64,000 bases of DNA from Bugula neritina (Eukaryota; Animalia; Bryozoa), in NCBI GenBank assembly GCA_964035545.1, contig OZ037766.1, positions 15,800,722-15,864,721 of the forward strand. Direction: 5' to 3'. The position numbers and the translations under genes are program-made. Shown piece by piece: positions 55,331 through 64,000 of the stretch. Below the pieces are notes generated by a model that was not told the origin of the DNA, did no database searches, and worked only from the letters and a program-made list of their open reading frames with translations. The first letter of the stretch is position 1; every line of letters begins with the position of its first letter.

Positions 55331-56274
55331 ACACAGAACATGGAAAATGCTTTGGCTAATAAAACTAAAAAAAACAGAAAACATGAAAAAATATTTATGG
55401 TATCTAAATCTGTAAATCTCTGATGGAAAGGGTTTGGCTAACAACTTGTTTTTTGTGATGGCAAAAGAGGAATTTTGACTGAAGCCTCATTCAAACCTGG
55501 CCAACAGCATTATTCACAGCAACGAATCAGTGTTTACTAAGCCAGTGCTCTATAACCATTAAACTCGAGCTGCGCTCTCACCTAAGCACAGGATATTTGC
55601 ATTTAATGAAGCCTTGCTTCAACATGGCCAGCAACAGAGCTAATTTATTTTGTAAAGCACACATCTTGCTGAAAGTGACAGTTAAAGACATTAACCCTCT
55701 TTAAATAGTAGTTCTATTTCAGCAGATTCTAGGCAATTCGAGTTGAAATGACCTAGTTTAGTCTGCTAATAAATACATTAATCATAATATTTCTCAGATA
55801 AAACCTATTAGCATTGCTCGCCTACCTAAATAGAAGCATATCTAATCATTGTAATCAGGAACAATCACCAGGTAAAAGTTATAAGAATGCAAGCTCTGAA
55901 AACCCACTCAATACCTTAACTTTGAGGCTACTTATCGCTGTGCAATGTCCGGTCAACTCAAATACAAAACACTGCAAATTTCTATTCAAACTACATATGT
56001 AGGAAGATCAAGCTTTCAAACACTGTTGAGTAATTTGAGATGATTATAAATAATAGAAACAAGAAAATCACAACAATCATGATTGGTTACAACTACATAC
56101 AGCAGACACCATAATAATATCACTGGTGCTGTGTTGTAGAGTTCTAGTTTCAGAGCTTGGTAAAATATGACTTTATAATGATCTATTTATGTGCACACTG
56201 GACTATATAATAAATAAAATTAGTTCTTCAAACTAGAACTACTTTTTTGACAAAATATCTTTGGTCTTAACGAC

Positions 56275-56541
56275 ACTACTACCACTACCACTATACCATT
56301 ACCACTATACCACTATACCACTACCACTATACCACTATACCACTACCACTACCACTATACCACTACCACTATACCACTACCACTACCACTACCGCTATAC
56401 CACTACCACTATACCACTATCACTGCCACTACCACTACCACTACCACTACCACTACCACTACCACTACCACTACCACTACCACTACCACTACCACTACCA
56501 CTACCACTACCACTACCACTACCACTACTACTACTACTACA
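56275..56541. repeat. (CCACTA)n microsatellite
   Basis: Directly visible. Confidence 0.97.
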
Positions 56542-57661
56542 TATAGGGGTAACTGGTGGGGGGGGGGCACAACAGGTGAATTTTGAACTTTTCCCTCTCA
56601 TTTGTCTGTTTTTCAAGTTAATAGTTCAATAATCTCTAGTATAAATGCTACACCAGTTGTCTATTACAGGTATCAGTTTGTTGGTTCTATAATATCTTTC
56701 ACAACTTTCAGAATAATGAAATTTTCATGACAAAAAAACCGCCCATTGTTCTTCAATACCGGGTAAAATGGGCCACTGGGTGCAACACAACACATATATT
56801 GAAACTTTGCGGATTTGGTTGCCTCTAATCTTTATTTATTTATTATACACAAGTAAATAAAAATAGTCTTTCAGGTCTACAGCAAAAATCATGTTTTAGC
56901 TGTACAGTGTGTGCCACTACAGATAACAGGAAGAGATAAAATCAAACGCACATCACTCACTTTTACAGTGCCTTTATCATTTCTGTTTAGAACTGAAAAT
57001 GTTTTTCTATTGCCACTTCACAGGAACTTTCATCAGAAAAAACTTTAAAAACATATGCTGCAAAATTTCCAGTGGACTTTTTCTATGAACTGTAGCTAAG
57101 ATGGCTGAAGGGGGGAGGAAATGAGCAAATCACAATTTATTTTAGTCAAATACATGTATATTCCCTCAAGGATATAATGTATATTGAATATCAGGACTAT
57201 CCATTAGTAGCAACAGCAGAGTGTTTTGTATATGTTGTATAAAATGGCAAAGCTATAACTTCACCAGTTGCATATGAGGGCAGCTTAACCTTGTAGTTTG
57301 CTAGTCTTATTATAAAGTCTTTGATATTTTACAAAAAGAAGATCAGAAATGGCCATATCTATAGATTTTATTAACATTTCAACTAATTTTTGGGCAAACA
57401 AACTAATAACAGTGATCAGGGTGCAATGGTCAGGTGACCCATTGTGCCCCGTTTGGAAAAGTTGAAAATAAATGTGGCTCAAAGAACATTTATTTTAGAA
57501 TTTGCTATTATACTAGTTAAGCAATGTAGAGACACACAATGGCAACAATGTTAGTAAAAACTAGGCTTGTTACCACTGAGTGTAAAAAGTTATAAAGCTT
57601 TAATGACATCTTGAAAAATTTACAAAAAGTAGATGAAAACATTACCCTTACATACACACAC

Positions 57662-57984
<323 letters not shown>

Positions 57985-57987
<3 letters not shown>

Positions 57988-58031
57988 GTGGACAGCAGCT
58001 GTTTCAAGATTTGTCCCCTCATCAGCACAAA
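57985..58031 (-). ncRNA. Type I hammerhead ribozyme, third copy (core intact, stems weakened)
   Basis: UUUGUG-CUGAUGA-GGGGACAAAUCUU-GAA-ACAGCUGCUGU-C-CACAGG. Stem changes become G-U pairs. The monomer body continues to ~58275. Confidence 0.82.
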
Positions 58032-60056
58032 ACGGAATACCATGGCCCACAACCTTCACAATACCGGTAGAAAAACTTATATTTCTACTAAAGCATATTT
58101 ATAACCCTGTTAGGCCAGTGCAGCAGATACGCTACCTTACATCAAGTTTCAATGACAAATGTGGAAACTCAAGCCAGAAAGATCAAGTGACTCTAAGAGT
58201 CACAAGCTTTGCAAATTGCTAACACCTGGAGTTTGTGACCAAGAGGTCAGTCACTGAATGTCATTGCTGAGCAAATACGTATACAAAGGATTTTCTATGA
58301 TCTACATGTTTAACACACTTACCTTCTATGGCAATAAAGGAAAAATGATCTGTAATAAGTTCTTGATAGTGGAATGCTACCTTAGGCCGTTTTGATTACA
58401 CTCTTTCTAGTCCTGGAAAAGTACTCGAACTAGGACTAAGCCATAAGCAGTTGAACTGATTGAATGGAAATGAAACTTGAGATAAGCTGCACACAGAATG
58501 ATTTATTGTTCAGGAGTTCTGCATGACAGGAATTCTATAACGCCAAGCGGAGCATGAGATAAACCTTATATTAAAGTTTAAACTTGCAATCTTCACAACT
58601 CCAAGATATGAAGAAGTGAACTATTTGTACCTCCTGCCGAAATGACTTCATTCAAATTTAATAAGGCTATACCACAAGTCTTGCTGAAGTGAATAAAATA
58701 TTTAAGTCAGTTTATTGAGCCATTAAAGTCACAATCCGAATAAGTTGAACCTAGAAACTATGTATGCAGGCTCAGGGCTACTCTAAGGAACTTTAAAATT
58801 AAATTTAGAAGTCATGAAACAGTGAGGACAACAAAACATACTTTTAGTGGTGTCAAATAAAGATTTTTATGAAAAACATCTTACAAAATATCGAATATTT
58901 ATTAGACTACAACTTTAGAAAATGTGTCACCATGTGAACAAGCAATACTTTGCATTACAATAGGTAAAACACAAATAATTACACCATAACCCAAGGAAAA
59001 CTTCATTATCTGAATATCAAACATTTCCACAAAGTGACCAATAGTGGGCAGGAATGAGAGGTCAGCTATACCAGAAGCAATTGAAGGTACCATAACTCCA
59101 GTAGCAGTTACAGTTATGTAGCGGTTAATCCAGGCAACTCCTGAAGAGTATATTAGACCAATGAAATGTCCTAAACAACTTACAAATTGCCACAGAGCAG
59201 TGTGGTTGTCACTGTAGAAAAACATAACTAAAGCGTTGATTAAATTCCCCACACCTTCAATAAAAATAACATATTTCATATGAATCAAACTACTAACTAG
59301 GAAGCCTAGTGTTTGACCAACTGTATGAGACAACTAGTAAACTGTAAGAAGGTTTTCAACTTTACTTGGGTTACAACAAGCTTGGTTTCTTGCATGGGAA
59401 TAAATGTATTTTACTCCAATACTTTCACCACTGGTTGCTATGTAGCACCACAAAAATAGTAATACATAAAGGAAAAAAGGGAATATCGGATTACCAAGAG
59501 CACAAGCATTAAAGTTGAACATTTCTCTGAATGATCTTTTACTATTTTCTTTATTACAACCATTCAAATTCTTGTCTTGCTTGCTAGTAAATAAATAAAA
59601 TCAAATCCAAATGCATGCTATTATAGTTACAGAATGAAAAAGCCACATTTCAAATTAGAAGAAGCGTTAGAGAGTGCTTGCAGGTAGGTTTGTGGTTGCA
59701 TTGTATAATGTTAAGTCAGTGCCATTCATGATATTAAATGTCAAGTTATTTAAAGGTGGAGGTGTCGTCACTTCCCAATCAGAACTGGTAATTGTCTTTT
59801 CATTTATAGGAAGCTGCTTACTGATGAAGGGCTTCACAATTAGAGGGACGATAAAGCCACCAACCCCATAACCAACATGAACACTGTGAAGAGGTTTACT
59901 GCCTTTCTCTTTCCAAATACCCGTTATAATTATTTGACCAGCTGTAACAGAAAGTGATGCTAATTTCATAATTAATCCTATAAGTTTACATAAGATACTT
60001 ATAAAAAATACAACATAGTAGGTACCTGAAAATTATTTGTCAAGAATTAGGCATGT

Positions 60057-60532
60057 TGTTGTAGTTTTGTGCACTATTAAAGTGGGGCATTATTGTACCA
60101 TGAGTTATTACTGCATGCTTTACTATGAGGTTACTAGAGAAACCGAAATAGTTGACATTTAGAAAAGAACTGTATTGAAAGTCTAATTAGATACAAATAA
60201 AGTCATCAAAAGTCGCAAAAGAATATACACATATAGAACAGCTACACAATATTATTCTAGTCTACGTGACAGTTATCCTCTGACTGAGGCTGGGCGCCGG
60301 AATGCGCTGCTTATATCCATAAGGTTGATATTGATTGGCCAGTAGAAGGTATCGGCGGTGTCCCCATGGGGAGTGACGCGGTGCCGCATGCAACTGTGGC
60401 ATCGCTAACGGAGTTGTAGTCTCTTTACTTTTAATATTTCATAATATAATACATTGTCACCGCTCTGCTGTAAGTACTTATATAGGGGGTATTGGGGGGG
60501 GGGGGGTTATACTTCCCACGGCCACTACAATA
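60057..60532 (-). mobile_element. Probable solo LTR inserted in intron 4 of MFS copy E
   Basis: Ends tgttgtag...ctacaata. Absent from the copy D intron. Termini similar to 51545-52043. Confidence 0.6.
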
Positions 60533-61430
60533 TACCCTAATGACAGTTATTTGTTTAGCATTTCAAAGTTAATAGCTATTGTTGGAGTAATCCTAAGGAC
60601 CAAAAACCATGAACCCAGGGTGTTCAGTTCAACTTTCATCAGCAAAATTAAGTTGTATGTTAGGTCCTTATGCTCTTTGGTTACAGGCTGATTCAATGAG
60701 CTGGCGGGTCGTTCTTTTAGTGCTGAGACTACCCAGTAGCCTCTTCAGAGTAATGCTTTGTGCGCCAGGGTAGTGGTTTGTGCTAGATCGAATACTAGTG
60801 AAAGGGCAAAAGTTTTATAAACTATCTAGGCTTTTGGTAAAAAAAGAGTAGTAGTGATCCAAAGGAGTTGAGAGGCCAGGGTTACTTGAAGACCAAAAGA
60901 GTAACTGAAGGGTCAAATGAGCTCTAAAGGTTTGAGTTCAAATCTCAGTAGGGGAAAATATTTACAGTTCTATCACATTCATCATGGCTGGTAATTCTTA
61001 AGCAAACAGTGCATTTTTAACTCAAAGAATTTTAAATAAACTAGCTTTGAGCTAAGGTATTACTTCTTGTGTTTTTTGCATATGGTTTTAAGTATTCAAT
61101 AGTTTATGTGTTCAGGAATTTCTAAAAAAATAAACTTACCAATATCCAAGAGAACATTTGCCAGACATTGACAGAATGGAATAACTGAGTTTAGCACTGC
61201 ACATAGCATTACAGATGCTGCTAGGATAAGCCCAACTTTACCATGAAGCCTTTCCACTATGTATCTACCACCTGAGATATTTTCAACACTTGCATGTACA
61301 GAGTTGTTACGTTAGCAAAACAGTTTGTTGGATGCAGTACAACAATATTTGTTCTTTGATGTTTTGTATAGAATGAGAGAATTTATAATCATAGATAGTA
61401 GCTACTGTTTAATTGCAGTTATTGATGAAC

Positions 61431-61545
61431 TGTGACTGCATATGCAGATCACTGATAGGACTCAGAAGTCATCAAGCTACTCACAAACAGCTGTAGGCAG
61501 ACATCATACTCTACTTAAAGAGATAGCAAAGAGAGAGAGAGAGAG
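61431..61545 (+). mobile_element. Extremely 5'-truncated RTE-like LINE insertion with TSD
   Basis: Encodes CDCICRSLIGLRSHQATHKQL* (RTE-type C-terminal zinc finger). (GA)n tail. TSD attgatgaac/attgataaac. Empty site in copy D near 34210. Confidence 0.75.
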
Positions 61546-61999
61546 ATTGATAAACTTACAACATAGAAACAACACATAAAACATTCTCAATCGTCAAACT
61601 GTTAAGAGAAGCTAGGTTGCAAAGTTTTACCCAAGAAACATCCACATAAGCCACCAACACCCTTCATAGATACAGCTTGAGATAGAGCACCATAGTTTGA
61701 GTTTGTTAGAGACATCAGATCTTGAAATGTTGCTGTATTTACTTCTGACCACAAGCCCTATGCAACAGTGAGATATTTATGTGGAAAAGAGTAATATTTT
61801 ATATACTTATTGATCAATTATCATAATTGGTATCATTTTTTAAAAATTATAGTGCAGCTTGTGATGTATTTTTCAACCGGATAAAAATATTTTAACATTG
61901 CATAAATCTTACCATGCTAAACCAAACTAGTATGACACACATTTTTTTGCAATTTTATATATTATTGAAAGTTGCATCTTCTCTGTTAAATCATCACTT

Positions 62000-64000
62000 T
62001 GCTCCCCTTTTAACACCTCAAGCAAGAAAGCAGACAGCTAACTTGTCAGCTTCTGCACAAGAAATTCGGTCTACTAATAGCCCCCAAGACAGAGCTTACT
62101 CAACAAGTGAAAACTTTCTTAAGCAAAGCCCATACAGTCAACCATAATGGCTTTAATGTTGTGAGTTAACTAGGTCAAAGTTTTATTGTAGCCATGATCT
62201 CGCCAAACAAATCTACACCAGAGCTTATCCTTTGTGATGGAAACTTCATTGAACTTCAGAACTAAGAAACAGATTTCAATGCCTTCATAAAATCCGAAGG
62301 CCCAAACTAAAAAGGTATGTCAAAGATAAAGCTAAAGAAGCTATGATTGGTCACGTCATTACAAATAGAGAAGGCAAATAAAGATGCCAGAAAAGAGCCC
62401 AGTGCCCGGTTTGGCAACCAAAACGTCAACCAAGCTTTGTGAAAAAAGCTAGAAGCTTGAAAAAAGGCAGAGGCAAGACTCACCTGGTCTTCGACGCTAT
62501 GACAACTTTCTACTTCCTATTCTGTCAGCAATGATAGATGTGCCAGAGTTTACAATCATTTAACCTGAGACAAGAAAATGAAAGGTTGGCTAGCAAATTC
62601 CTCGACAGGATGATTAGACTTTTGGTCAGAAAAGTGAACAATACAAAAAAAGCTGCAGATTGATAGCTAGACTTCAAAACATTTGTCGATTTTGTAGTGG
62701 ACCATGCTAATGTTGAAAATAAGTAATTAGAGAAGCTGATTAAAACTGGAAGTAGAGAACAGCCTAATCGATGATCCAAAAGCATAGAGGTTCTATCAAG
62801 GCACTATCAACAGCCAACAAAAATGGTTGCGAATGCTGTAAAAAAGTAATCACAAGACAAGCAATTGTTTTGAGTTTGAAAAGCCATATAGTGAGAGAAC
62901 CAAGATTTTAGCCAAGCACCGTTTGTGCTTTGCTTGCCTTTCAGATGGTCATAAATCCGGTGATTGCAAAAAACAAGGCCACTGGAAAAAAATTAAATAT
63001 CACCCAAAACTGTTTCACAAAAATCCAGAAGATTGGAACTCCATAAATAGAACTTGAAAAGAGGATGAGAAGAATAAATCTAAAATAAAGAAGTCAGGTG
63101 GATAAAAACAAAACAGCCAAAGCCGAGTACAGAAAGGAGAGGTTTAATGCAGAATGATAAGCATGGTACTACTTACTTATGTATCATCTGGGCAAGAAGA
63201 AAAAGGAGTTTTAACATAAACACTACTAAACACCCAATCTCATGCATGTTTAATTACCAGAGAGTTAGTCGGTCAAATCACACCTTCCTATGATAAAAAA
63301 GAGCTTAGGTACTAGATGCACCATATATAGAGAAACAGGCAACTCAATAAAACAGTACAATAAATGTATAGCTTTGAAGGTGCAACAGCGACAGCTCAAC
63401 TGTACTATCTCCATATGAACAAAAGAAAATCTATCCTGAGAAAGATCAAATCCACATAATAGAGAAGGTAGGCAACCTGGAACACCTAGCAAAATTTATA
63501 TCAAAGACACTTCTTCTCCCTCAGATAAAGGTTAACTTTCTTGTCGCAGCAGACTGCCCAGAAGCCTTGGCTCCGCTGGAGTCAGTCATAAAAAACAAGG
63601 AGAGCTGTTTGCAATACGGAGAGTCTGTGGAAAGTCTGCGGTAAACAAAAACGTGCAAAGGACATGTCTATATAACACCCCAAACACACGTTCATCAACC
63701 ATTGCTGCCTTACAGAAAAACTTTGAGGACCAACAGAGATGGTAATGCAAAGCTCTTTCAGAATGACAAATTGTATGACTATTTTAGATAGTCAGAGCCC
63801 AAGAGCAAAAAATGAATTCTATTTGATGTTATTGCCTTTTAGACAAAAGACAATCCAATAAAAAGCAAGCTAAAAAGCGATTTGAAGTTACCGCAAGAAA
63901 GCTCAACTTAGATAGGACATCAATATACACAATGTTTATAAATTTCTAATTTCCACAGGGCAACTCAAAAGCCCTGGAAAAAATGATATATTTTTCACTT
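62000..64000 (+). mobile_element. Decayed BEL/Pao LTR retrotransposon gag-protease region
   Basis: Zinc knuckle LCFACLSDGHKSGDC and HPKLFH, protease-like TLLNTQSHACLIT, and ADCPEALAPLESVI. Many stops. Confidence 0.75.

Larger units (their letters stand above)
58902..61998 (-). pseudogene. MFSD4/NaGLT1-like MFS transporter copy E, decayed
   Basis: Partial exon 2 (to 61913), exon 3 61757-61631, exon 4 61271-61140 (36-nt deletion) and exon 5 59941-58902 with TAG at 59334-59336 and frameshifts. 5' end is interrupted by BEL/Pao sequence. Confidence 0.92.

Noticed and set aside
56275-56541. Interstitial telomere repeat
   Set aside because: The unit TAGTGG differs from TTAGGG/TTAGG; treated as a simple microsatellite
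60710-60965. tRNA gene candidate with B-box-like gagttcaaatc
   Set aside because: No cloverleaf could be folded; it is an insertion relative to copy D and at best a decayed SINE

Overview
AT-rich invertebrate (metazoan) genomic DNA with spliceosomal introns, long (TA)n-type microsatellites and dense transposon debris. All coordinates and alignments were read by eye. The backbone is a rearranged tandem-duplicated region on the minus strand. It holds five paralogs of a 5-exon MFSD4/NaGLT1-like MFS transporter: only copy D (32358-35608) is intact, copy B is split by a young LINE, A and C lack the last exon, and E is decayed. It also holds one intact 13-exon FAAH-like amidase (40048-50695, 599 aa) and a deleted FAAH pseudogene copy. 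Mobile elements include RTE and CR1/L2-group LINEs, Gypsy and BEL/Pao remnants, solo LTRs, a hAT (Buster/Charlie-like) element, MITEs and a Penelope-like RT remnant. Two signals are invisible to the ORF track. (1) A ~271-nt repeat family always abuts (TA)n tracts and carries a minimal type I hammerhead ribozyme with a palindromic stem III (copies at 2573-2619, 2844-2885 and 57985-58031). It is a candidate retrozyme/circular-RNA element with a Penelope-like helper remnant in the same window. (2) A deletion-riddled, strongly divergent rDNA fragment (18S-ITS1-5.8S, ~26461-27600, minus strand) shows compensatory helix changes.
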